From assembly GCA_032057925.1 (NCBI GenBank), contig DAMCEK010000008.1, positions 19,888-83,887 of the forward strand: a DNA stretch of 64,000 nucleotides. The letters run 5' to 3'. Origin of the DNA: Rhizobiaceae bacterium. GTDB taxonomy: Bacteria > Pseudomonadota > Alphaproteobacteria > Rhizobiales > Rhizobiaceae. How positions within the stretch are numbered: position 1 is the stretch's first letter; every line of letters starts with the position of its first letter. Shown one piece after another: positions 10,990 to 21,089 of this stretch. The notes beneath the pieces are model-generated. The model saw nothing but the letters and a program-made list of their open reading frames with translations, made no database searches and was not told the DNA's origin. Made by a program: the position numbers and the translations under genes.

Positions 10990-11792
10990 GCAATCATTCA
11001 TCGTCTGCGGAATATGTCCATCCGCAATTCAGCCAGCAGTCTCGACTATTTTAGGGAACTTAAAGTAATCTGTTTAACGATGCTGAGATCGTAGATCTTA
11101 CTGGCTATTATTGCACTATTGCCGACCAGATGTTTCGCGAGCGGCGTTCAAAGCACCGCAAGCTCATCCGATTTGTGTATTCCCGCCGATGATCGAAAAG
11201 AAGGGCTTTGGAAATATTTACCTGAACGTCGTGCCAGACGACGTCCACGTCATGCCCGGCGTCGTCATGGGCGCCGATTGCCACCAGAACTGAGCATTCT
11301 GTATCGTCCAGACATGGTTGCCAGACGCAAGCAGTTCGGTCATTGGGATCATTGGGAATGGGACCTATCCCCTTTCGTAAGAAGTTTGGCGAAGCCAAAG
11401 TGACCTCGTTAGTCGAGCGTATAAGCCGTTTCACCGTTTTGCTGCGCAACAATGATCGCCAGTCACCGCAGGTGATGGATGATGTGATTAGCGTGCTCCA
11501 GCGCTTGCCCCAAATAGGCCGTCGCTCTATTATCTTTGATCGTGGCACAGAGCTCACAGAATGGGCTTATCTGCAGGCAGGTATTCGATCACAAACATGG
11601 CTTCGCGATCCGCAGTCGCCCTGACAAAAGAGAACGATCTAAAACACCAACAGGTGCACACGACGCTGGCTTTCCCTAGATATGGATATCCTGACACTCA
11701 GTGATCGCGATCTCGCCTTTATATGTAATCGCCTCAGTAACAGGCCGCGTAAATGTTTGGGGTACAAAATCCCTGCGGAAGTCTTCCGTTAA
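10990..11792 (+). mobile_element. IS30-family transposase remnant (pseudogene with frameshift and in-frame stops)
   Basis: Frame 1 reads ...SSSDLCIPADDRKEGLWKYLPERRARRRPR...RRKQFGHWDHWEWDL. Frame 3 reads ...VTSLVERISRFTVLL...IIFDRGTELTEW...DPQSP*QKRTI*NTN...LSNRPRKCLGYKIPAEVF. These are IS30 DDE-transposase hallmarks (GHWEGDL, DNGxEF, SPWQKGxxEN, RPRK) interrupted by stops. Confidence 0.8.
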
Positions 11793-11864
11793 AAACTCAT
11801 CGCAACCAGACATCTTTATGCGTAAACTCAAATCGCAAAAGTCGCGCTTCAGCGTGAGATCACA

Positions 11865-12175
11865 CACGTTCAAAGTCTTCTGAAGTCGGCACAATGTTGT
11901 ATAGTGAGGAACCGACCAATCCAGACTGCAGAGTGAAAGCAGTCCGGAGACAAAGCCAATTGCCTGGCGAAGCGGAAGACCACACAAAACCTTGAACGTC
12001 AGGCCCGTCTGAATGACCGCCTCTGAAAATCGCCGTGGACGACCGCGCTTCGTCGAAGCACAAGTCAGCCCTCCTTTTTGTCAAACAAGGTCGTCAGACA
12101 GCCGCGATGAATAAGGGCCTGATTATAAGCCGACCAGTTCGTCGTGCGCTGGCGCAAAGCGGCAGCTTGCATCAT
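11865..12175 (-). mobile_element. IS5-family transposase N-terminal remnant (pseudogene)
   Basis: Minus strand reads MMQAAALRQRTTNWSAYNQALIHRGCLTTLFDKKEG*. After a frameshift it continues ...GLTFKVLCGLPLRQAIGFVSGLLSLCSLDWSVPHYTTLCRLQKTLNV. Homology ends abruptly next to the IS30 remnant. Confidence 0.7.
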
Positions 12176-12443
12176 CTTGCCCAACTATACCTGTGCGCAA
12201 AAATACCGTACCCGGCAAGGATTGTTGCAATAAAGCGAGGCAAATATGTCGATCTGACTCGTCATCCGAAGTCAGACTTCATCACGAAGGTAATTAGGCT
12301 GCGCGGCTAACTTAATGTCCTTTTATTAATTGTCGTTTTTCCCGCTTTTTTTGACGAAAATCCAATAATCCGGGAAGGGGAAATGGCTGATGCTGCGTCG
12401 CAGACTGGCAAATCTTGCTGGTAGAAAACGGAGATTGAAGAAC

Positions 12444-13790
12444 ATGGCCTTCCCCACTGCGGTACCTTATATAATCATTGGCGCTGGCATTCATGGTCTT
12501 TCTACGGCCTATCATCTGGCATTGGCATTAAAACGAACCGGTAAAGGTAAAGGCAGCGATATTCTCGTGATCGACAAGGCGGGTATTGCCGCCGGGGCGT
12601 CTGGCATTGCATGCGGTGTCGTGCGTAATAATTATTTTCAGCCAGCAATGCGCGAATTGATGGCCCATTCCGTCCGTGTGTGGGAAAGTGATGCGGAAGC
12701 CTATCAGTATAATCCTGTCGGCTACATGCAGATCAGTTCCGAATCCATGCGCGAAGATGTGGCGACGATTTACGAGCAACAAAAGGCCATCGGGTACGAG
12801 TCCGTATTCATCGAAGGCGCGTCTGAATCTGACTCCTATATGAAGGGCTTGTTCTCCGACTGGCAGGCGAAGAACATTACTTCTATATTACATGAGAAAA
12901 AAGGCGGTTATGCGCATAATGCAGCGGCAGTCTATGCGCTGGCGACGAAGGCCGAAAACGAAGGTGTGCGCATTCTGACTGGCGTCACTGTCAAGGGCAT
13001 GGCTTTCGCAAACGGTTCTAGCGCGGCGGTGACTGGCATCGATACGGATCGCGGGCACATCGCCTGCGATTACCTTGTCGTGGCTGCAGGGCCATGGGTG
13101 CGTGATTTCTGGCATATGGCGGAACTGCCGCAAAGCGTTTCGATCAAGAGCAAGGATGGCCAGGTCCACGACAATATTCCGATGTGGCGGTTCTGGCAGT
13201 TGGAAGAGGGGGTCCTCGGTGTGGAGCCCGATAGTTTCCGAACCAATGACGGCAAAATGCCGCCGGTTATCCATGTCGATACCGATGCATCGCTTTATTC
13301 GACCGTCGATGGAAGCCTGATCACCGAAAGCATGTGGGGCATTTATTACAAGCCCGACTTCAACTTTGGTGGCATCCAGGGTGGCGCCATGCCTTACAAG
13401 GTGGAAACGCCGGTGAATCAGGTGCAGATTGATCCCTACGGTCCAGCTTCACCGGAGTTCATCGCAAGCGGCGAGTTTGCACATATGTGGGTCTCGGCGC
13501 TTGCGCATTGCCACAAGCGCTTTGAAGGAACCATGACAAAATTCCATAAAGAGCCCTCCGGCGGAATCGGCTGCTTTACGCCCGACAGTTTCCCGGTTTT
13601 TGAAGCGTTCCGCGAGAATGTCTACATGATCGCCGATTCCAACCATGGCTATAAGATGATCGGTGTCGGTGAGCTTGTCGCAGAAGAGGTGCTCGGTCGT
13701 GAATCTGCTTTGCTGAAGCCGTTCCGTCTGGGGCGATATGCTTCAGGCGATTTGCATCCTGTCTCTAACAGCCCTTATCCATGGAGCTGA
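12444..13790 (+). CDS. FAD-dependent oxidoreductase (DAO/SoxB-like superfamily), substrate unknown
   Basis: ATG at 12444 is preceded by GGAGA. N-terminal Rossmann motif PYIIIGAGIHGLSTAYHLA. 448 aa. Confidence 0.8.
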   Translation: MAFPTAVPYIIIGAGIHGLSTAYHLALALKRTGKGKGSDILVIDKAGIAAGASGIACGVVRNNYFQPAMRELMAHSVRVWESDAEAYQYNPVGYMQISSESMREDVATIYEQQKAIGYESVFIEGASESDSYMKGLFSDWQAKNITSILHEKKGGYAHNAAAVYALATKAENEGVRILTGVTVKGMAFANGSSAAVTGIDTDRGHIACDYLVVAAGPWVRDFWHMAELPQSVSIKSKDGQVHDNIPMWRFWQLEEGVLGVEPDSFRTNDGKMPPVIHVDTDASLYSTVDGSLITESMWGIYYKPDFNFGGIQGGAMPYKVETPVNQVQIDPYGPASPEFIASGEFAHMWVSALAHCHKRFEGTMTKFHKEPSGGIGCFTPDSFPVFEAFRENVYMIADSNHGYKMIGVGELVAEEVLGRESALLKPFRLGRYASGDLHPVSNSPYPWS

Positions 13791-13831
13791 TCAGGCGAGC
13801 TTAATTGTAACATAAGGTAAAACAATCTGGA

Positions 13832-13855
13832 AAAGCCGGGCACTTGCCCGGCTTT
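13832..13855. terminator. Bidirectional rho-independent terminator hairpin
   Basis: AAAGCCGGG-cacttg-CCCGGCTTT: a 9-bp GC-rich stem with an A-run on one side and a T-run on the other, between convergent genes. Confidence 0.6.
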
Positions 13856-13867
13856 GATGTACGCAGT

Positions 13868-14896
13868 TTATTTTTCCCCACCGTCCGTGGTGGAAGGCGT
13901 CCGCTGACTATACAGTATACGACGACGTTTTGCCGGAGTTTCATGGAATTGTTCGGCAAAACAGCGTGTAAAATGCGCGACATTGGCGAAGCCGGTCGAA
14001 ATAGCGATGTCGATGACCGGCAGGGTTGATTGCTGCAACAGTTCGTCGGCTTTCTCCAACCGCCGTGCGCGATAAAAATGCATTATGGGCTGGCCGAGAT
14101 TCTCGCGGAAAAGACGCTGCAATTGCCGTTCGCTTACGCCGGAAAGCAAGGCAAGCTGCTTAGTTGTCAGCGGATCGGCTAAATGTCCCATGATCATCTG
14201 GATTGCGGCCTCCAGAGCGGGATGGCTCACGTTGAACTGTTCGGCGAGGCTGGACTGCTGCGGTTCGGATGAGGTTCTCACGCGGGTATGGATGAACCAG
14301 TCGCTGACCGAGCGAGCGAATATCGCGCCATGGTTCTGGGCAATGAGCGCATGCATCATGTCGAGCGCGGCAACCCCTCCCGCGCAGGTATACCGATCGC
14401 GGTCGATCACATAAAGTGTACGTTCGACGAGAAGATCGGATGAGAGACTGCGCAGCGCGTCGATATGCTGCCAGTGTACTGTAAACCGGCGTCCTGCCAT
14501 CAGGCCGTGGCGGGCGAGAACTGCCGCACCCCCGGATATTCCGCCAAGCCGGATACCGCGAGACGCAAGGCGACGCAGCCCACGCGTCAGCGCCGGTTCC
14601 TCATAGGCCATTGGATTGCCGCCCGCGACGACAAAAACGATGTCGAGATCGCTTCCGATCGCGTCGAGGCTTTCGCAAAAGAAACCGCCTTCTGCCGTCG
14701 AGGCAACAAAGCCGTCTTTCCCGGAAAAAAAACGAGTTTTGTATAGTTCACGCCCGGCGAGATGATTAGCCGCACGCAAGGGTTCGACCGCTGCCGCTAC
14801 GGACATCAGTGCATATCCCCGCGTCAAGATGAAGCCGAAGCGCAATGTTGGGCCAAAAGCATGGCTTTTTTCAGTACTTTCATGCGGTGGAAGCAT
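13868..14896 (-). CDS. GlxA-type transcriptional regulator (DJ-1/GATase1-like domain plus AraC HTH)
   Basis: N-terminal MSVAAAVEPLRAANHL... GATase1-like domain. C-terminal AraC HTH (VIDIAISTGFANVAHFTRCFAEQFHETPAKRR). Divergent from soxB. Confidence 0.88.
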   Translation of the reverse strand: MLPPHESTEKSHAFGPTLRFGFILTRGYALMSVAAAVEPLRAANHLAGRELYKTRFFSGKDGFVASTAEGGFFCESLDAIGSDLDIVFVVAGGNPMAYEEPALTRGLRRLASRGIRLGGISGGAAVLARHGLMAGRRFTVHWQHIDALRSLSSDLLVERTLYVIDRDRYTCAGGVAALDMMHALIAQNHGAIFARSVSDWFIHTRVRTSSEPQQSSLAEQFNVSHPALEAAIQMIMGHLADPLTTKQLALLSGVSERQLQRLFRENLGQPIMHFYRARRLEKADELLQQSTLPVIDIAISTGFANVAHFTRCFAEQFHETPAKRRRILYSQRTPSTTDGGEK

Positions 14897-15090
14897 TCGG
14901 TATTTCTCTGGTTAGCAGATGAATATCCTGAATTTCGCAGGCGCTTATAAAAACCGCTTCATATTTTCATCTGCCCGCGTCAAAAAAGCTATATGGCGCT
15001 AATCGGCAATTATCTGACATTCTAAGAGTAATATATCCGTGTCAAGTCGCTACAACAAATCATGATTTTTATATCTCAGAGGAATGTGAC

Positions 15091-16341
15091 GTGCAGTTTT
15101 CCGGTCTGAGGGTCATTGCTGAAGCCCTCCGTGGTCATACTGGATGGGGGCCCTTATGGCGTAATCCCGATCCTAAATCCGACTATGATTATATTATTGT
15201 CGGCGGCGGCGGGCATGGTCTGGCGACGGCTTATTATTTATCGAATACGTTTCAGCAGGCGAAGATTGCCGTTCTTGAGCGCGGCTGGCTGGGGCAGGGT
15301 AATATAGGGCGGAATACGACGATTATCCGCTCAAACTATTTGTTGCCGGGAAACGAGCCGTTCTACGAGTTTTCCATGAAGCTGTGGGAGAATATGGAGC
15401 AGGCGTTCAATTTCAACGCCATGGTTTCGCAGCGCGGAATTCTCAACTTGTTTCATACCGACGGCCAGCGCGATGCCTATCGGCGGCGCGGCAATGCGAT
15501 GCTGCTTGCGGGCGCGGATGCGGAGCTTCTGGCCCGCGAACAGGTGCGCGACATGTGTCCGTTCCTCAATTTCGATAATGCGCGTTTCCCCATCAAGGGC
15601 GGATTGCTGCAGCGCCGAGCTGGAACTGCGCGTCATGACGGTGTGGTCTGGGGTTATGCGCGCGGTGCGGATCAAAAGGGCGTGGATATCATTCAGAATT
15701 GCGAAGTTACCGGATTCCGTATCGAGAACGGGCGGGTTTTGGGTGTCGAAACCAGCCGCGGCTATATCGGTGCGCGAAAGGTTGGCGTGGCGGTTGCAGG
15801 CATGTCGGGCAAGGTGATGGGAATGGCCGGAATGCGCCTTCCCATCGAAAGCCACGTTTTGCAGGCTTTCGTTTCCGAAGGGCTGAAACCGGTTATCCCG
15901 GGTGTCATCACCTTTGGCGCGGGGCATTTCTATGTCAGCCAGTCTGACAAGGGCGGCCTTGTCTTCGGCGGCGATATTGATGGCTACAACAGTTACGCTC
16001 AACGTGGAAACATGCCGGTCATCGAAGATGTGACTGAGGGCGGTATGGCGCTTATGCCGATGATCGGCCGGGCGCGGCTTCTGCGTATCTGGGGCGGCAT
16101 CATGGATATGTCTATGGACGGCTCACCGATCATCGACAAGACCCCTGTCGAAGGCCTCTACCTGAATGCGGGCTGGTGTTATGGCGGCTTCAAGGCGACA
16201 CCTGCTTCGGGTTATGCCTTCGCGCATCTTCTTGCCACCGGTGCTCCGCATGAAACCGCGCGCTACATGCGGCTGGACCGGTTCGAGCGCGGACTCGTTC
16301 TTGATGAAAAGGGTGTCGGTGCGACCCCGAACCTGCACTGA
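15091..16341 (+). CDS. soxB: Sarcosine oxidase subunit beta
   Basis: GTG start after AGAGGAA. FAD motif YIIVGGGGHGLATAYYL. 416 aa, followed by soxD, soxA and soxG. Confidence 0.95.
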   Translation: MQFSGLRVIAEALRGHTGWGPLWRNPDPKSDYDYIIVGGGGHGLATAYYLSNTFQQAKIAVLERGWLGQGNIGRNTTIIRSNYLLPGNEPFYEFSMKLWENMEQAFNFNAMVSQRGILNLFHTDGQRDAYRRRGNAMLLAGADAELLAREQVRDMCPFLNFDNARFPIKGGLLQRRAGTARHDGVVWGYARGADQKGVDIIQNCEVTGFRIENGRVLGVETSRGYIGARKVGVAVAGMSGKVMGMAGMRLPIESHVLQAFVSEGLKPVIPGVITFGAGHFYVSQSDKGGLVFGGDIDGYNSYAQRGNMPVIEDVTEGGMALMPMIGRARLLRIWGGIMDMSMDGSPIIDKTPVEGLYLNAGWCYGGFKATPASGYAFAHLLATGAPHETARYMRLDRFERGLVLDEKGVGATPNLH

Positions 16342-16350
16342 GGCAGAAAG

Positions 16351-16641
16351 ATGCTGATCCCTCATCCTCTTCTCGGCCTGCGCGACGCGCAGGAGTTCAC
16401 CTATCTTGGCGATGCATCGCTGCTCGAAAGACCGGACGGCATGGCGTCCGGCTCGGAGCGGGCATTCTACGAATATGCCTACCTGCGCGATAACCCTATC
16501 GGCGTTCATCGGGAATTGTGGTTTCACGAGCAGGGCGATCGCTCCTGGCTCGTCGTGACGCGTGACACTACTACGCATGAAATCCTGAACGCCGAACTTG
16601 CAAGCGATGTGGTGCTTGCCCGTAAAGGAACAGCACGATGA
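16351..16641 (+). CDS. soxD: Sarcosine oxidase subunit delta
   Basis: 96 aa small subunit between soxB and soxA; its stop overlaps the soxA start (ATGA). Confidence 0.9.
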   Translation: MLIPHPLLGLRDAQEFTYLGDASLLERPDGMASGSERAFYEYAYLRDNPIGVHRELWFHEQGDRSWLVVTRDTTTHEILNAELASDVVLARKGTAR

Positions 16642-19571
16642 CCCGGCTTTCGGGCGGTCTGATCGACCGCAGCAAACCCTTGAATTTCAGTTTCGATGGC
16701 AAGGCTTTTTCCGGCTTTGCAGGCGACACGCTGGCTTCAGCGCTTCTTGCCAACGATGTTCGGCTGATGGGACGCAGCTTCAAATACCACCGTCCGCGCG
16801 GCCCGGTTTCCGCAGGCTCTGAAGAGCCGAATGCATTGGTGGAATTGCGCACTGGGGCCCGTCAGGAGCCAAATACGCGCGCCACCGTGACCGAGCTTTA
16901 TGATGGGCTCGTGGCAAACAGCCAGAATCGAAAAGGGTCGTTATCCTTTGACTGGCTCGCGGTGAACGATCTGTTCTCGCCCTTCTTTGCTGCCGGTTTC
17001 TATTACAAGACCTTCATGTGGCCGAAGGCGTTCTGGGAAAAGATTTACGAACCCGCAATCCGCAAGGCAGCAGGGCTTGGCAGTCTTTCAATGCATCCGG
17101 ACCCTGACAGCTATGATCGTGGCTTCCTGCATTGCGACGTGCTGGTGATTGGCGGCGGGGCGGCAGGCCTTACGGCTGCGTTGACGGCAGCAAGAGCAGG
17201 GGCGAGGGTCATTCTGGCGGATGAGGACTTTCGCCTGGGGGGGCGCCTTCTGTCGGAGAGCCACACTCTCGACGATGCACCCGCTTCTGCATGGGTGGCG
17301 AAGGTTGAGACTGAACTACAGTCTTTGCCCAATGTGCGGATAATGCGGCGCACGACAGTCTGGGGTGCCTTCGATCACGGTGTATATGCTGCACTCGAAC
17401 GGGTAGGCGATCACCTGCGGGTTCCCGCCACTGTGCGCCAGACCTCGTGGCGCATCACCGCGAAGCGGATCGTTCTGGCCGCAGGGGCCACCGAACGCCA
17501 TATCCCATTTCGCAACAATGATCGTCCTGGCATCATGCTGGCCGGTGCATTACGCGCCTATGCCAACCGCTGGGCGGTCTGTCCCGCCAAGCGTGTAGCG
17601 GTATTCACCAACAATGATGACGGTCATCGCACCGCACTCGATCTGATGGCCAATAACGTTGATATTGCTGCTGTAGTCGACACAAGAGCGGGCGCAAAGG
17701 CGCAGGGCAACTATCCGCTTTTTGCAGGCGCGGTCGTATCGAACGCCAAGGGGCGATTGGGCCTCGACCGGATCGCCGTCACGCGAAACGGTCGCACCGA
17801 CTGGATCGATTGCGGTGCTTTGGGCGTTTCGGGCGGCTGGAACCCGAATGTGCATCTCGCCTCCCACCATCGCGGTCGCCCAGTCTGGGATGAGGCATTG
17901 CAGGCTTTCATCCCTGCAGCCTCGGGGAACCCGCCCGGCCTGATTGCCGCCGCTTCTGTCATTGGTGAAGGTTCCACGGCGAAGGCGCTGGGTTCGGGCG
18001 CGTGTGCGGCGATCCAGGCGCTGTCCGATCTTGGTATCGCTGCGTCCGCTCCTGCGCTGCCCGTCGCGGAAGATGCGGTTTTGAACCCGGCACCGTTCTG
18101 GCATGTGCCGGGCGGTGGTCGGGCATGGGTGGATTTCCAGAACGATGTAACGGTCAAGGACATCAACCTCGCGCATCAGGAAAATATGCGCCCTGTCGAG
18201 CATCTCAAGCGGTGGACGACTCTGGGCATGGCGACAGATCAGGGTAAGACAGCGAATGTTACGGCCATAGCTGTTATGGCCGAATTGACTGGAAAAGCCA
18301 TCCCTGCAACCGGAACCACGATCTTCCGTCCTCCTTATACGGGCGTGCCGATCGCCGCATTGGGGGGCGGCGATACCGGCAGGTATTTCCGGCCACATCG
18401 TTTGACGCCGAGTCATGAATGGGCGCAGTCGCAAGGCGCCGTTTTCACAGAAGTCGGCCAGTGGATGCGGGCGCAATATTTCCCGCAACCTGGCGAGACG
18501 GAATGGCGGCAGACGGTGGATCGCGAAGTGCTTGCCACACGCAAGGGCGTTGGCATCTGTGATGTGACGACGCTTGGCAAGATCGATGTGCAGGGACGTG
18601 ATGCCGGCGAGTTTCTGAATCGCATTTATGCCAATGCGATGGGGTCACTGAAGGTTGGAATGGTGCGCTATGGCCTGATGTTGCGCGAGGACGGATTTGC
18701 CTGGGACGATGGCACCTGCGCGCGCCTTGACGATGACCATTATGTCGTGACCACCACCACCGCGCAGGCAGGGCCGATCTTCCGTCATATGGAGTTCTGC
18801 CGCCAATGCCTGTGGCCTGAGCTCGATGTGTCGCTGATTTCGACTACCGATGCGTGGGCGCAGTTTTCGGTCGCAGGTCCGAATTCGCGCAAACTCCTGG
18901 AGCGTATCGTTGACGGGTTCGACTTGTCGAATGAAGCTTTCCCCTTCATGGCTTGCGGCGAGCTGACGATCTGCAGCGGACTTCGTGCACGCCTTTTCCG
19001 CATCTCGTTTTCGGGTGAACTCGCCTATGAGATTGCCGTTCCTGCACGCTATGGAAATGCGCTGATTGAGAAGATGCTTAAGGCAGGCGCCGACCTCGGC
19101 GCGACCCCTTATGGAACCGAAGCGCTTGGTGTCTTGCGTATCGAAAAGGGTCATGCCGCTGGCAATGAGCTAAACGGCCAGACCACGGCGCAGATGCTCG
19201 GCATGGGGCGCATGGTTTCGACGAAGAAGGACAGCATCGGTGCAGTTCTTTCCCGACGGGAGGGCATGGTCACCGAAAGTCGCATTCTCGTCGGGCTGCA
19301 ACCCGTCAATCCGGGTGATCCGGTTGTTGCTGGTTCTCACCTGTTCAAGACAGATGACAGGCAGGATATATGGAACGATCAGGGCTGGATCAGTTCGGCC
19401 TGCTATAGCCCCCATGTCGGCTCGATGATCGGACTTGGTTTTCTCAGTGACGGCGCAAGCCTTATGGGTGAGATCATCACAGCATCCAACCCATTACAGG
19501 GACAGCAGATTTCACTGCGTGTCGTCTCGCCCCATTTTGTCGATCCGCAGGGAGGTCGTCTTCGTGGCTGA
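16638..19571 (+). CDS. soxA: Sarcosine oxidase subunit alpha
   Basis: 977 aa. Contains the dinucleotide-binding motif VLVIGGGAAGLTAALTAA and a C-terminal aminomethyltransferase (GcvT-like) folate-binding region. Confidence 0.95.
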   Translation: MTRLSGGLIDRSKPLNFSFDGKAFSGFAGDTLASALLANDVRLMGRSFKYHRPRGPVSAGSEEPNALVELRTGARQEPNTRATVTELYDGLVANSQNRKGSLSFDWLAVNDLFSPFFAAGFYYKTFMWPKAFWEKIYEPAIRKAAGLGSLSMHPDPDSYDRGFLHCDVLVIGGGAAGLTAALTAARAGARVILADEDFRLGGRLLSESHTLDDAPASAWVAKVETELQSLPNVRIMRRTTVWGAFDHGVYAALERVGDHLRVPATVRQTSWRITAKRIVLAAGATERHIPFRNNDRPGIMLAGALRAYANRWAVCPAKRVAVFTNNDDGHRTALDLMANNVDIAAVVDTRAGAKAQGNYPLFAGAVVSNAKGRLGLDRIAVTRNGRTDWIDCGALGVSGGWNPNVHLASHHRGRPVWDEALQAFIPAASGNPPGLIAAASVIGEGSTAKALGSGACAAIQALSDLGIAASAPALPVAEDAVLNPAPFWHVPGGGRAWVDFQNDVTVKDINLAHQENMRPVEHLKRWTTLGMATDQGKTANVTAIAVMAELTGKAIPATGTTIFRPPYTGVPIAALGGGDTGRYFRPHRLTPSHEWAQSQGAVFTEVGQWMRAQYFPQPGETEWRQTVDREVLATRKGVGICDVTTLGKIDVQGRDAGEFLNRIYANAMGSLKVGMVRYGLMLREDGFAWDDGTCARLDDDHYVVTTTTAQAGPIFRHMEFCRQCLWPELDVSLISTTDAWAQFSVAGPNSRKLLERIVDGFDLSNEAFPFMACGELTICSGLRARLFRISFSGELAYEIAVPARYGNALIEKMLKAGADLGATPYGTEALGVLRIEKGHAAGNELNGQTTAQMLGMGRMVSTKKDSIGAVLSRREGMVTESRILVGLQPVNPGDPVVAGSHLFKTDDRQDIWNDQGWISSACYSPHVGSMIGLGFLSDGASLMGEIITASNPLQGQQISLRVVSPHFVDPQGGRLRG

Positions 19572-20130
19572 GTTGTCTATCGTTAATGCGCTGGGTCATA
19601 CCATGCCGCAGAATGCAATCTTCGGTGCATTGAGCGTCATGGAGAATAGCGGTCTTGCATTGGCATCACTGTCGCTTTCCCGTGAAGCGGTACAGCCTGC
19701 CCCTTATGGGCTGCAACTTCCGCAAGCCGGACGCTGGCTTACCGGGCAGAAGGTTGCGGCTTTCTGGACTGGTCCGGGCCAGTGGATGATCGAAGCTGAG
19801 GGGCGTGCGCAAGAGGATTTCGCCCGCGCGCTGAAGGCGGAAGTGCCGCAGGCTCACGTTACCGAGCAGACCGATGGCTGGGCTTGCTTCGAGATTGCCT
19901 CGTCGCAGGGTGCGGTTTTGATTACCGCATTACTGGAAAAGCTGGTCAATCTTGATGCGATGGCTTTCGTGCCGGGAAGTGCGACAAGAACGGGATTGGA
20001 TCATATGCCCGTTTTTGTAATTCGCCGCGCTGAAAATCGTCTGGCTGTTATGGGGATGCGTTCATCTGCGGCTTCGCTCTGGCATGCACTGATAACCACA
20101 ATGCGGCATTTGCAGGAAATGGCGAAATGA
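19564..20130 (+). CDS. soxG: Sarcosine oxidase subunit gamma
   Basis: GTG at 19564 is preceded by GGGAGG and overlaps the soxA stop, giving 188 aa. The track ORF start at 19435 lies inside soxA. Confidence 0.85.
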   Translation: MAELSIVNALGHTMPQNAIFGALSVMENSGLALASLSLSREAVQPAPYGLQLPQAGRWLTGQKVAAFWTGPGQWMIEAEGRAQEDFARALKAEVPQAHVTEQTDGWACFEIASSQGAVLITALLEKLVNLDAMAFVPGSATRTGLDHMPVFVIRRAENRLAVMGMRSSAASLWHALITTMRHLQEMAK

Positions 20131-21020
20131 GTGGTGTGATCATTGACGGAAAAGCATCTGCGGCAAGACTGCGGGCTTCGGTGGCGGCGCAGGTGGTGAA
20201 ATTGAAGGCGGAATATGGGGTCACACCAGGCCTGGCCGTCGTGATAGTAGGCGAAGATCCCGCGTCGCGCGTCTATGTCCGAAACAAGGGAAGGCAGACC
20301 GCCGAGGCCGGCATGAACAGTGTCGAGCATAGCCTTCCGGCGCAAACGTCGGAGGCCGAGCTTCTGAATCTGATCGTAGCATTGAATAATGATGAGGCTG
20401 TGCATGGAATTCTCGTCCAATTGCCTCTGCCCGCTCATATAAACACTACTAGCATTATTAATGCCATTGATCCGCTCAAGGATGTGGACGGGTTTCATGT
20501 TTCAAATGTCGGTCTGCTCGGAACGGGGCAAAAGGCTATAATCCCGTGTACTCCTCTGGGTTGTCTTTTGCTGTTGCGGGCGCGTCTGGGTTCTCTTTCT
20601 GGTTTCAAAGCGCTGGTTGTCGGTGCCTCCAATATCGTCGGTAAGCCGATGGCGCAGCTTCTTCTTGCTGAAAAATGCACTGTCAGCATTGCTCATTCAC
20701 AAACCAGAGATCTCGAAGCCGAAGTGCGACAGGCAGATATTCTCGTAGTCGCAGCCGGAAGGCCAGGGTTGATACATGGTGACTGGGTCAGTCCGGGCGC
20801 CGTTGTCATCAATGTTGGCATCAACCGCATCGAACGGGAAGATGGATCGAGCCGTCTGGTCGGGGATGTGGATTTCGACGGGGCGGTGAAACATGCCGGA
20901 GCGATTACTCCGGTGCCGGGTGGTGTCGGCCCGATGACCATCGCCTGTCTTCTCGTAAACACGCTGACCGCGTGTCATCGCAGCCACGGTCTTCCCGATC
21001 CTGAGGGACTGACAATCTGA
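20127..21020 (+). CDS. folD: Bifunctional methylenetetrahydrofolate dehydrogenase/methenyl-THF cyclohydrolase
   Basis: 297 aa with the FolD-typical [18 protein letters not shown] overlap with soxG. Confidence 0.95.
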   Translation: MSGVIIDGKASAARLRASVAAQVVKLKAEYGVTPGLAVVIVGEDPASRVYVRNKGRQTAEAGMNSVEHSLPAQTSEAELLNLIVALNNDEAVHGILVQLPLPAHINTTSIINAIDPLKDVDGFHVSNVGLLGTGQKAIIPCTPLGCLLLLRARLGSLSGFKALVVGASNIVGKPMAQLLLAEKCTVSIAHSQTRDLEAEVRQADILVVAAGRPGLIHGDWVSPGAVVINVGINRIEREDGSSRLVGDVDFDGAVKHAGAITPVPGGVGPMTIACLLVNTLTACHRSHGLPDPEGLTI

Positions 21021-21089
21021 CTTCTGTCAAATAGTAAACACCGCTGCAGCCACTGCCCGGTACCGGTATGCATCTTGAAGGAACTTTAG

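Noticed and set aside
15331-18488. Long antisense ORFs inside soxB and soxA (15331-16002 and 17550-18488, minus strand)
   Set aside because: Both lie wholly within strongly supported sox genes on the opposite strand and have skewed Arg-rich composition. They are shadow ORFs.
21021-21089. Possible riboswitch (ZTP/pfl type) between folD and purU
   Set aside because: I compared the 69-nt spacer by eye with the ZTP consensus as I remember it and found no match. It is too short and lacks the conserved pseudoknot segments. An Infernal scan would settle it.
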